Source: Picochlorum sp. SENEW3 (Eukaryota). Taken from it: a stretch of DNA of 64,000 nt. The DNA lies in assembly GCA_034226945.1 (NCBI GenBank), contig CP120454.1, positions 1,178,001 through 1,242,000 of the forward strand, given 5' to 3'. Numbering within the stretch: the stretch's first letter is position 1; each line of letters opens with the position of its first letter. The translations under genes were made by a program, and so were the position numbers. Shown here one piece after another: positions 1 through 10,110 of the stretch. A model generated the notes under the pieces. It worked only from the letters and a program-made list of their open reading frames with translations. It was not told the origin of the DNA and ran no database searches.

Positions 1-426
1 GGTATATTCTGCCAATCGTGGTTCCTTTGATGGATCCATAAGATCTAAAATGAATTCTGGCAGCGCATTGTTTGTTTGTTGGGCCTGTATGAAGAAGAAT
101 TCATGTCAGGGCATTATCGTATCCAGACGACCAGGCTCCTCGAAGAAGACCACAATGCTTCAGATAGGCCATTAGATACGTACCTTGACTTCATCTATAG
201 AGTTTACAGTATCCTTGCCCCGTGCAATCCCAGTTTTCCAGGTTTTCTGGTCTGCAGCAAGAGTCGCTGCCTGAACCTCTTGGAATGTCGAGCCACACAG
301 GCTTGGCGATCTCCGATTCCTTCCCGCATTCAATAAAACTACTTCATTTACTTGCAGAATTCTATGCATGTGCGTTGAAGAGGTTCCTTCCCCTCCCAGG
401 TGAAAAAAACTCCGTTGTCCAAGCAT
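1..426 (-). CDS. Possible 5' part of an uncharacterised gene running off the window start
   Basis: ORF 172..426 ends in a donor-like AAG|GTACGT near 183. An acceptor-like CATACAG near 85-90 is followed by an open frame (AQQTNNALPEFILDLMDPSKEPRLAEYT) to the window edge. No recognisable domain. Confidence 0.3.
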
Positions 427-632
427 GGTTGTCCAACGGACGAGCAGCGTTGTCTCTTTCGAATGAATTACTTACTACGGAATCCTCATTGGTATTATTA
501 AATAATGATATCATGTAAAATTGATTTTGGAGCATGCTCTTTCAATAGTAATAGAAGATGGTGGTCTCTCTCCCAAGACAGAGAGAGATTCCATCATCTA
601 TTGAAGAAGCGAGCCTGATCTAATAATGCCGA

Positions 633-2528
633 TCAATACCGTGCATTCGTATGTGTCGACGATGATTTTGATGTTCCTGCTTTCGACGATCCGCCGAGTG
701 ATCGCACCGATACGAAGGAGTTTAATGCAGCTGCTCGCGGATGAGGAATTCTGCCATCCTTTCGCTTCATCATCAGGTCATCCAGGTATCTATCCGCAAG
801 TCTGTTATAGAATTTGCATAGATCAATCATGCTACCAAGTCTTTTTGTCAACTGGACGACAAATATTGAGGGAAGCACTTCAAAGTACCTCACAGTCACA
901 GCCATGCCCCGTCTGCCACCAATTGGGGCGACTAGATCCATATGATCAGCATCAATATCAAAATGGTCGACAAATCCTCCCAGTTCAAGTGTCCCTTCTT
1001 TTATTCGCATCAAAACATCTTTAATATTTGCCTTGGTGCTGAACTGCACGTGCCCCATGGAGCTCTCTTCTACGGTTTCAAACAGGGCCCCCAGGCTGAG
1101 GTTCCTTCCTATCAATTCAAAAGCATTCATTTTCGACACCACGTGCATCTTGCATGATTTAGGATCTGGAGTCTGATAAATATTTCTTGACAAGGCTGTC
1201 ATCAGATCCGAATACCACTTGTAAAATTCTGCCGTGTTCCCCGTCACTTTTTGCACATCAACAATCTTGTTCCCGCTTTGCAATTGCTTCACATGAATTG
1301 CCACCTTCACGATGCCCTTCATTGTCTTGACATATAATCTTAGTACATTTCTCGTGCGTTTTTCAACCTTACCGCTCCCAAGAGCGACAACAACTTGTTC
1401 AATCTCATCAAACACATCTGGCAAGCTGGCCTCTGTTGTAAATTGCGTATGTCGTTTTATCAAGTCATCTTTCGCCTCAAACATCCCTGAAAGATCAATG
1501 AAATCGTTGATCAGGTCAAATGCAGTCAAATTCGTATCATCTGCCCGGCCAAGACTCTTCAAACTTCTATACCGTGTTGGTTGGAGTTGCGCAGTATCAA
1601 CGGCTTCAAACACCTCAACGTCATCGGTCGTGCTTATTTCAGAAACAGTTGCATATGAATCCGTCTTCTGAAAATCTCTCGATATCCAGGGAAACTTCCA
1701 CACATCTTCCGCAGTAGGCCTAGCATCCGGATTCACCTGAATCATGCTCCGCAACAAATCAGCCGCCTCAGGAGACGTCCACGCTGGAATATTGAACTCG
1801 GCCTTTGAAATCTTCTCAAACAAGGTCACCATGTTATCTTCATCAAAAGGTAAACATCCTGCCAATATCACATACAGCACTGCTCCCAACGACCAAATAT
1901 CTGCTGCATACCCACTATATGGCTTTCTGCTCACGACTTCTGGTGCTGCATAATTCGGGGTACCACACACGGTATTCATCAAATCCAACTGCTCGTTCAA
2001 TTCGTCTTGCCTAATGGTACCTAATCCGAAATCAGAGAGCTTTGCCTCGCCCTCAGACGTCAGTAAGACATTCTCAGGCTTTAAATCCCTGTGACACACA
2101 CCTTGCTCATGGGAAAATGTCACAGCTGCCAAAATCTGCGTGAACATCACTTTTGCCTCATCCTCTTTGAAAGGCCCCTGTATTGCTATTTTGTCGAACA
2201 AATCCCCACCAGTCACTAATTCCATCACCATAAATATTTTATCCTTGGAACTCATCACCTCGTGCAAATTCACTATATGTGGGTGCTTCAGCTTTTTCAG
2301 TATCCCAATCTCCTTCTTCACCTGCTCCACCATCCCCCTTTCAATCAACAAATCCTTCGACATCACCTTGAGGGCATACGCCTTGCCCGTCTCCATATGC
2401 TGAGCATACTTGACCTTGGCATACGTTCCTTCCCCAATGGTCCTCCCAACCAGGTACTTGCCCACTCTCTTTGTCAGAAATGTCCCTTTCCGACGACTAT
2501 CCGAGCTAGACGAAGATGGGTTTGACAT
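633..2528 (-). CDS. CIPK: CBL-interacting Ser/Thr kinase (SnRK3/CIPK) with two NAF + C-terminal modules
   Basis: Intronless 631 aa ORF. Kinase motifs GEGTYAKVK, HRDLKPEN, DFG, CGTPNYAAPE and the CIPK-typical 'VGKYLVGRTIGEG' start. NAF-like motifs NLTAFDLI...DLSGMFE and KMNAFELI...SLGALFE. Confidence 0.92.
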   Translation of the reverse strand: MSNPSSSSSDSRRKGTFLTKRVGKYLVGRTIGEGTYAKVKYAQHMETGKAYALKVMSKDLLIERGMVEQVKKEIGILKKLKHPHIVNLHEVMSSKDKIFMVMELVTGGDLFDKIAIQGPFKEDEAKVMFTQILAAVTFSHEQGVCHRDLKPENVLLTSEGEAKLSDFGLGTIRQDELNEQLDLMNTVCGTPNYAAPEVVSRKPYSGYAADIWSLGAVLYVILAGCLPFDEDNMVTLFEKISKAEFNIPAWTSPEAADLLRSMIQVNPDARPTAEDVWKFPWISRDFQKTDSYATVSEISTTDDVEVFEAVDTAQLQPTRYRSLKSLGRADDTNLTAFDLINDFIDLSGMFEAKDDLIKRHTQFTTEASLPDVFDEIEQVVVALGSGKVEKRTRNVLRLYVKTMKGIVKVAIHVKQLQSGNKIVDVQKVTGNTAEFYKWYSDLMTALSRNIYQTPDPKSCKMHVVSKMNAFELIGRNLSLGALFETVEESSMGHVQFSTKANIKDVLMRIKEGTLELGGFVDHFDIDADHMDLVAPIGGRRGMAVTVRYFEVLPSIFVVQLTKRLGSMIDLCKFYNRLADRYLDDLMMKRKDGRIPHPRAAALNSFVSVRSLGGSSKAGTSKSSSTHTNARY

Positions 2529-3267
2529 CTTCTCAACATAAACCTTACTCTCTCGTGCCTCCCCTACTGCTGTGTGATTCCGAGTCCGTCGCTCACTCTG
2601 AACTGCTGCTGTCTCTCATGGACTGATTCGTTTCTCAGCACGTGCGGTTCCTTCAGATACATGCTTATTGAGTAAAACAAAATAATATTGCTCTCTGAAT
2701 AGATGGTTGCCTCTCTGCTGGCAGATTCTTGTAATCGCAAGAGAACAAACAAGGACAAAAACAAGGTGGAAAGCGCGACCAACTGAAAAGTGTTCTCACA
2801 CTCCTATCACAAAAATCAGTAGATGCGTCCTATCAGAAATCATAGGTTGATAGTAATTGAACAGATTTGGCCACTTCGTATCGTCTTGTTGTACCAATGG
2901 TGGAATCTTTCTGTTGTCGTAGGGCAGAGAAGATTCCCTCCAATCAGAGACGACATTTGAAGGGCAGTCACTTGTTGCACGAGGCTTGCGTGCACAGGTG
3001 AAGATCTCTACTTGTGGAGATCTCTCCATACTTTTGTTTTGATGCTTTTGATACAGCATCTCAAGGATCTCAGCCTTATTTCTGGATTTAATCCAGAATT
3101 GCAGAAACGAATATATCCTGCCAAGTAGTTGAGGAATAAGGATAGAAACTGCAGAAACTTTGTGCAAACAAGTGACATGTCATGCATGGCACGATTTTGA
3201 AGTCATCTTCGTCCATATGCATATGACCCTTCATTAGAATAATTTGAATATATAGAAGAATCCTCAC

Positions 3268-4580
3268 ATGGGGCAAGATATGGGTGATAATGTTGGAGGA
3301 AAGGATGGCGATGATCGCCATCGTCTGCCTTGGTCCGAGTCACCAGCCTTGTCCTTCCGAGTGGTTGCGGAATGCGGTAGGGCTCGGTCTTCTCGTATGA
3401 CGTTGCCTCATTACACATGTCACACACCGATGTTTATGCCAGTAGGGACACAAGGTACGGGATCATCATGTGCTGCATTGTATACCAGTACTTGATTAAT
3501 TCAAGCTTTTTTGATATTCAAGGGACTGTCAAGGGGCTGACGAGCCAGCAGTTGAGAGATGTCGACTGTCATGTTATTCTAGGAAATACATATCATTTAG
3601 AGAATAGACCAGGGTCGGAATTGGTGGATTCAATGGGTGGACTGCACTCGTTTGTTGACTGGGATAGGGGCATGCTGACTGATTCTGGGGGATTTCAGAT
3701 GGTGTCGCTGCTCCATTTGGCGGATATAACGGAACAAGGGGTGACATTTCAATCACCAACAGATGGTCACACCATGCTTTTGACGCCAGAGCATTCCATT
3801 GCTGTACAGAATAGACTTGGTGCTGATATCATCATGGCATTGGATGATGTTGTTCCCAGCACGGCAGCAGACTCAGCCCGATTTGAAGAGGCTACCCATA
3901 GAACAACGAGATGGATTGATCGATGCATAGCAGCCCATTCTCGACCCCATGAGCAGAGTCTCTTTCCCATTGTCCAAGGAGGACTGGACCCTCGGCTGAG
4001 AGACATTAGTATGAAGGGCCTCATTGAACGAAACGCCCCTGGCTATGCCATAGGAGGTCTTGCTGGAGGGGAAGATAAGTCGTCATTTATCCGCGTGGTG
4101 GCCCAATGCACGGCAGGTCTTCCTGCCAACAAACCCAGATATGTCATGGGGATTGGATATCCTTTGGATATTATTCTCTGCTCTGCCTTGGGTGCTGATA
4201 TGTATGATTCTGTCTATCCAACCAGAACAGCTCGATTTGGCGTTGCACTCGTTCCAGAGGGAGTCCTCAAAGTCAAACAGTCGTGCTATGCAAAGGATTT
4301 TAGACCACTTCAGGAAGGATGCCCATGCATGGTGTGTACCAAATATACCAGGGCATACCTCCACCCTCTTGTGTCAAGGAATATTTCCTTTGCAAGTAAT
4401 CTCCTCACATATCACAATGTCGCCTTCATGCAACGTCTAACAAAGGAGATTAGAGCAGCGATCGAAGATGGTACCTTTCCTGACTATGTCAGGGATGCCG
4501 TGGCACGGCATTATCCCAATCCAGAGACAATTCCAGAATGGGTTCAGTTGGGGTGTGACTTGGCTGACATTCCTCTCTAA
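3268..4580 (+). CDS. QTRT1: Queuine tRNA-ribosyltransferase catalytic subunit (2 exons, intron 3455-3522)
   Basis: TPMFMPVGTQG|TVKG joined across a GT-AG intron. Motifs LGNTYHL, TDSGGFQMVSL, IVQGG, GGLAGGE, PRYVMG and the Zn site CPCxxC...H. Confidence 0.95.
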
Positions 4581-4629
4581 TTTTAATACCACTGCAACTT
4601 TACTGTTCCAATGATATATGTATACATTC

Positions 4630-4634
4630 TGTAA
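4630..4634 (+). promoter_or_regulatory. TGTAA green-algal polyadenylation signal (example; others at 34330, 36672 and 62138 on +, and 16122-16126 on -)
   Basis: TGTAA recurs 10-60 nt after several stop codons. UGUAA is the established chlorophyte poly(A) signal. Confidence 0.6.
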
Positions 4635-4868
4635 AAAGGATTTAAAAATTAAACCACGTGTGCAACTGTGACACGGGTATCGAGTGGGTATTTGCCACGT
4701 TGTTGGACTCGATCCATCCGAGACAGTTGCATGAAACACGCTGCAGGTGGAAGAAGAGGTATTTGAATCCTATAAGATGCCCACCGGTGAGCATTATCTA
4801 AAATAATAAATTACATTATCTTCAAGTATCGAGAAAACTTCTGATTACAGGTATACATCTCGTCAAGA

Positions 4869-5708
4869 ATGGCGTTGAAGCGTACTATTTTTGCTGCATG
4901 CATCATGGTGTTGGTTTCTCAGCACCATGCACTGGCAACATGCTCTGAGGAAGAGCAGGCGTGTAAGAATCGTTGTGGCTCTGGCTCAAAGTATAACTTT
5001 GACTGCGATGATAGTAAAGGTGGGGCGGCATTCAGTTGTTCATGCACTGGTTCAGGGGGATGGGTTGAGGTGAATGATGTTCCACTGGAAAGGGCATCCA
5101 CTGTGGAGCCACCATCTGAGAGTCGTTGTGATGAGGAGAGAGCTTCATGCGAGACATCATGTCCGAAAGGGACTGTGCCCGAGTTTACATGCGAGAATAA
5201 GAAGAGTGGAACGAGTGTCTCTCTGGCATCTGCATGTGCTTGCACATCTCCAGGGGGGTCTTCTGCTACAGACGCCACAGCCACCACGGAGGGCGGCACG
5301 ATAGATCCATCTCCATCTATGTGGAATACAACCACCAATTCAACGTGTGAAGAGGCAGAGTCTGCATGCATGAACTCGTGTCCAGAGGGGTTTGTGGCAG
5401 AGTTCAAGTGTGACAACTCCTCCTCTGCAACTGATGGGTCATTTGCCGTGGCATCGGCGTGCGCTTGCACATTAAAGCAATCATCACAACAAGAGAATGA
5501 GAATGGTCAGGTGGCATCACCCCAAGTGGAACAGAAACAGGGCCAAGAGGGTGATGCCAATACAGGTGGAAGTGTCTTTGAGCCATCAAACATTCAATCT
5601 CAGAATCAGGACCTGCAGCAAGCTACGGATGCAGGGTTTGCAATGGGCGCTCGGTATGTGATCAACTACCTGACAGTTGTGTTGGCAGCATTGGATCATC
5701 TTTTGTAA
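4869..5708 (+). CDS. Secreted, possibly GPI-anchored protein with three 6-Cys repeats
   Basis: Signal peptide MALKRTIFAACIMVLVSQHHALA. Three C-x6-C-x3-C-x7-F-x-C-...-S-x-C-x-C units, S/T/Q-rich linkers and a hydrophobic C-terminus. Confidence 0.8.
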   Translation: MALKRTIFAACIMVLVSQHHALATCSEEEQACKNRCGSGSKYNFDCDDSKGGAAFSCSCTGSGGWVEVNDVPLERASTVEPPSESRCDEERASCETSCPKGTVPEFTCENKKSGTSVSLASACACTSPGGSSATDATATTEGGTIDPSPSMWNTTTNSTCEEAESACMNSCPEGFVAEFKCDNSSSATDGSFAVASACACTLKQSSQQENENGQVASPQVEQKQGQEGDANTGGSVFEPSNIQSQNQDLQQATDAGFAMGARYVINYLTVVLAALDHLL

Positions 5709-5852
5709 AATGCTGCCATCTGCTGGATGCAACCTATGAGGCGCCCAATGCCTCCCGTGAAACAAACACATAGTGCCGATGCACGCGTAGATACCGATAG
5801 CTTATTATTATTATTATTATTCACGTGAATACTTGTAAAAAAAAGTCTCGAG

Positions 5853-6509
5853 ATGGTGGGGTATGCGTTTGCGACAATGCAACCCCGAGTTCTTGCCAGT
5901 CGAACATTGGTTGCGAATGCAAGTTCTGGGCAGCAGCGTCCTGTTCTGAGACGACGAGATGGGAGCTCAATAGAGATGCCAGAGGTACGACGAAGTCATT
6001 TCTGTTTCAAGGTATCAGAGGATCTGCCTGGTGAGGTGATTCCATCTCAACCACTTTGGTTGTTGGGTTGACTTTGACATGTGCATTGTATTATGTAGGG
6101 AGGAAAAGGAGGATCTGTTGTCATTGTTGGATCTAGAAATAACAGTAATGCGAGCATTCGCGTAGAAGATGAGCGTGTTCAAGATGAGCATTGTCAGTTT
6201 GAATATCGATCGGGGAGGTTGTTTTGCCGCTCATTGACGGCAGTGGATGAAGATTCGCTTATACCCACTGGAGACACGTGTACATTTATGAATGGGGCTC
6301 AGATTCGGCCAGCGGTAGATTACATGGTATCTCCGGGTACCAAGATATCATTTGGTTGCGAGGATGGTGACTATGTTGTTGCAGAGTTTGACGAGTCATC
6401 CAATGGGCAGGATGCTGCACTGTCAGAAATGTTGATGAAGGGTATGGCGGCGTCTGCGTCGAATAAAGACGTTGAGGATGCTGTACATAAAACATTCAAT
6501 GATACATGA
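5853..6509 (+). CDS. FHA-like domain protein with a probable plastid transit peptide (intron 5985-6098)
   Basis: GAG|GTACGA...ATGTAG|GGA gives VVIVGS...IRVEDERVQDEHCQF...TFMNG...PGTKISFG, an FHA-fold pattern. Confidence 0.65.
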
Positions 6510-6528
6510 TGATTTTAAATAATATCAT

Positions 6529-8202
6529 TTAACGAGCAGTCTGGGAGCCAGATGAACGGCTGTTGGCATTGTGTTTTGCATGTCGTGAGAAGAATATTCT
6601 CGAGTCTGATCGAGGGGTTCTACCAGTTGAGGCAGAAGCTCGCTCGAGCGATCGAATTTTACGAGCAAGTGCAGCAAATGTCGGTCTTTTGTGGGGATCC
6701 ACAGCAAGGCATTGTTGCGAGATGATCAACAGCTGCTTTTGACAGTCAATGGCAGTCTCCATGTCAGCAAAGGAGATGTCAACTCGCTCGATGAGGTCTC
6801 GCACCAATAGCCCAAATGCTCTGACATCATGGAGTTCAAACAATCCATGCTGTTTATTGGATCGTTGATACGCGAATGCAGCACCATAGTCACAGAGAAT
6901 TGATGTTCCATCATCTCTGGCAAGGACATTATGAGCATACACATCCCCATGGGCAATGCCCTTGGCATGCATGTGCTCGAGCGCTCCAGACACGCTTGAT
7001 AAACACCGAAGCACGAACGATATCGGGAATAATTGACCTTCCTTCCATCGACATCGTAACACAGAGTCTTTGTTAGGCTTGAGTGCCAAGGGGCTCCCCT
7101 CAACATACTCCATCACAACTCCCAAATGGGGATGGTCTATCCTTGCAAGTACATTGACAAGATTATCATCATGCAGCATACATGCAATAGCAATCTCGTC
7201 CTCACAATGTCCGTCCGGTGACGTATCTTTCCTGAACAGTTTCACCGCAACCTGTTTGTTCTTATACTCCCCTTCAAACACCTCACCACTGGCTCCATCA
7301 CCCAGTTTTTTCCCAACCATGACATCATCAATCGACACACATGGTGCGTTCGGTTTCTTCAGTGATCCTGCCAATGGGTTCCCTGCGATACTCAGCCATG
7401 AAAGACTATGTGCATTCATCAGTGATTCTGGAATATGTTGCAAATCGCAGCATGCAGCTCTGAACAATTCCAGCCGGCTCAACTGCCCAATATTCTCGGG
7501 AAGATGCTTCAGCGTCGCATTGTGCGACAGTTGAATTTTCACCAACGACTGACAGTCGCACATGCTATCTGGCAAGCTTTCCAACGTGTTCCCAGTCAGA
7601 TAGACTTCTCGCAGATCCTGGAGGCCTGTAAACACATCAGGCAACTCTGTCAAACAGTTATCCTTCAAGCCAAGAACCTGAAGCGATCTTAATCGCCCCA
7701 AAGACTCTGGTACCCGCTCGATTCGATTCCCCATGGCATTGAGTTCTTGCAACGATGCGAGTCCTCCCAAGGACTCTGGCAGCTCACGGATACAGTTGTT
7801 ATGGATATCCAACGTTTCCAACCTACGCAGCCGACCAATCTCCTCAGGGATCCGCTCGATTAAATTCCCACTCACATTAATCTCCCTCAGGTTGGCCAAG
7901 TTCCCAACCCCTTTTGGAAGAGACGTCAGCGAGTGATTGGTCACACAAATCGCAACCACCCGTGGCGTACACAAATACCTCGATATAAGCGCCTGAACCC
8001 CAGTTCCAACCCCATATTGAATAATATCTTTTGGTGAGGTTATAGTTATCCCATTATTCGTTCCATGCTGATCCAAAACACCCCTTGTAAGAAAATACAG
8101 AGTCCCTGCACCGAGCACGGCCAAAACCGACTCTTCTTGGCTTAAAGACGCTCGTTCGAGCGAGTCTAGTTGTACAATCTTGACTATTCGATCCAAATCC
8201 AT
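6529..8202 (-). CDS. Cytoplasmic LRR-protein kinase (HGDxYAHN type)
   Basis: About 9 LRRs (LxxLxLxxNxLxxLP) followed by a kinase domain with GDGASG, VAVK, HGDVYAHN and DYG. Likely start MDLDRIVK at 8202; the ORF is open to 8400. Confidence 0.85.
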   Translation of the reverse strand: MDLDRIVKIVQLDSLERASLSQEESVLAVLGAGTLYFLTRGVLDQHGTNNGITITSPKDIIQYGVGTGVQALISRYLCTPRVVAICVTNHSLTSLPKGVGNLANLREINVSGNLIERIPEEIGRLRRLETLDIHNNCIRELPESLGGLASLQELNAMGNRIERVPESLGRLRSLQVLGLKDNCLTELPDVFTGLQDLREVYLTGNTLESLPDSMCDCQSLVKIQLSHNATLKHLPENIGQLSRLELFRAACCDLQHIPESLMNAHSLSWLSIAGNPLAGSLKKPNAPCVSIDDVMVGKKLGDGASGEVFEGEYKNKQVAVKLFRKDTSPDGHCEDEIAIACMLHDDNLVNVLARIDHPHLGVVMEYVEGSPLALKPNKDSVLRCRWKEGQLFPISFVLRCLSSVSGALEHMHAKGIAHGDVYAHNVLARDDGTSILCDYGAAFAYQRSNKQHGLFELHDVRAFGLLVRDLIERVDISFADMETAIDCQKQLLIISQQCLAVDPHKRPTFAALARKIRSLERASASTGRTPRSDSRIFFSRHAKHNANSRSSGSQTAR

Positions 8203-8396
8203 TGGTGAAATACTGAAAATATATTGAAAATGGCAACAATCAGTCTGGCTCCATGATGAAGATCCAGCATTCTTTCTTTTACATTTGAATTCTTTGATCT
8301 TTCTTTTTGAACAAACATGTACAGATAGATATATATTCAACATGGTGTAGGAACATACATCGTCCAACACACCGATCGAGTAGTTTTCTCCTTGAA

Positions 8397-9113
8397 TCAT
8401 TCAACGTTTGTGTAGCTACACCGTCTGCATGTCGCAAGGCAGTATGGCGACCCATCCTGTAGATATTCTGGGCTGTCACACTGAGAAAAATCACATGATG
8501 ACGCACCAGGCGGAGGGATATCTGTACACCCTTCTTTCCCGCACCGACCACACGACTTTAGACAGAACGCTTCCTTCCACATCCAGATTGAATCACATCG
8601 ATCTACAATGTATGGGATGGAACAGTCTACTCCCTCAATGGGACCAATATCTGTGCATGTAAAGGTCCTCACACGCCTATCTAATTGTCTGCAAAGTGTC
8701 TCATTGAACATATTTGATGACTTGAGGCAGACGCCTTTGTCTATAATAAAGGTCTTGTCTTCACCGTCCAGGGCTGGAGGAGCGTCCCCGTCCTTGGATA
8801 GAGGCTCTGAAGGCGGGTCCTTCGATCTCGGAGGCAATAAGGGACCGATAGGTAGTAAATCACTCGTAAATTCGCTATTATATGCCGATCTGCAGTGTAT
8901 ATGCATGCATAGAGTTGGTGAACACGTGCACGTGTCAACTAGAGTCAACGTTCGCGTTGACAGGCAATTTGGCATCCTATTGTTTATATTCCATAGATAT
9001 TTGCAAATTTATACGCACAATATTCGACAATAAGCAGGTTGGAGTGTCAATGAGAGCAGAAGCAGTGTTATGAAGGCTGTTCTGCGAATCATCCCTGCCA
9101 GCAACAACAACAT
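8397..9113 (-). CDS. Secreted protein with two CTDxxP...C...CxxxCxRC (ShK-like) Cys modules
   Basis: Signal-peptide exon (MLLLLAGMIRRTAFITLLLLSLTLQPAYCRI) spliced through TT|GTGCGT (intron 9018-8977) into ORF 8397..8975. A second in-frame 42-nt intron (8931-8890) is possible. Modules CTDIGP...CLKSCGRC and CTDIPP...CLATCRRC. Confidence 0.7.
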
Positions 9114-9308
9114 GATGCGTCAGCTATGTGTTGCTGATCGCCCTCTTCTTCTCTAATTTGACTGTTTTTCATTTATTAGATCCTGTTTTGTCATTCATAC
9201 GAGGTAGTCGGATTTCAATGCGCCATATTTGCAATTGACTATTTACAGAACATCTTCTATGTGGAGATCCATATGTGGATGGTTTGATATCGAGTCTTCA
9301 TGAATCAA

Positions 9309-9777
9309 TCAATCATCTGGTTTCCAGGCATCCAAGATGGATTTGACAGTACTGTAGTACTCTGCAGGGATTATTTGGGCAAGCTCTGGGCCACAGACCA
9401 CGTTGCAATTGGAATCCACATTGCAGTCAAACTCAATGTCATTGCCTGGCCCTTCCAGCTCACACTCGATATCGTTGTCTCCAATGAGGTCCTCATCGAG
9501 ATCACATTTCAACTGTCGTCCTCCAAAGTTGCACTCAATCTCATCATTGTCCCACTGATTTCCAGAGAATACACCTCCAGAGCATTCCTCAGGAACAGGA
9601 TTTCCAGGCGATGAGGCACAGCCACCCTGCGTGTATCATGGTAGTATCGCGTCAGCAGAAACGATACTGCATTCAATACATACTACTGCGTACCGGTTGA
9701 GATAGGGTTCGTGCAGCCTGAACGCAGACGAGACCCAAAAGGACACAGAAGAGAGTCAAGATGCTCTTGCCTTGCAT
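9309..9777 (-). CDS. Small acidic Cys-containing secreted protein (intron 9693-9627)
   Basis: MQGKSILTLFCVLLGLVCVQAARTLSQP|GTACGC...CGCAG|GGCASSPG... joins in frame to ORF 9309..9512. Repeats DNDEIEC, DNDIEC and GNDIEFDC. Confidence 0.7.
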
Positions 9778-10110
9778 TGGATTTGTACGGAAGCAGAGAA
9801 AGCACAAAGGTGATAGTCCTACTATTTGTATAGTATACGAGCAGATGTGATGCTCGATCGCGTAGATGTCGTAGGTGTATTGCAGTCGTGGATTGGTCGA
9901 TCCAATAATAATACCAGTCTTCTTCTTCTTCTCCTTCTGGGACGTGCCCATCAATGTGATGATGGCGTTTCATTTGATTACATGGATTGAGTTTTCATGA
10001 CAGACAGTTCCTTTTCCTTCCACACGCTCTGCGTCCATGACCAGACTGGCAAGGAATAGACAAATTCATCGCATATATGGAAAGACTGCAGCGCTGGCAT
10101 CCATATGACT

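Noticed and set aside
5853..8202. FHA protein and LRR-kinase as a functional kinase-FHA pair
   Set aside because: The FHA lacks pThr-binding residues and appears plastid-targeted, while the kinase has no such leader. Adjacency alone is weak evidence.
8203..8400. N-terminal extension of the LRR-kinase ORF giving an ATGA overlap with the upstream gene at 8397-8400
   Set aside because: The extension is AT-rich, non-protein-like and contains a minus-strand TGTAA near 8279-8283. It is more likely 3'UTR or promoter sequence.
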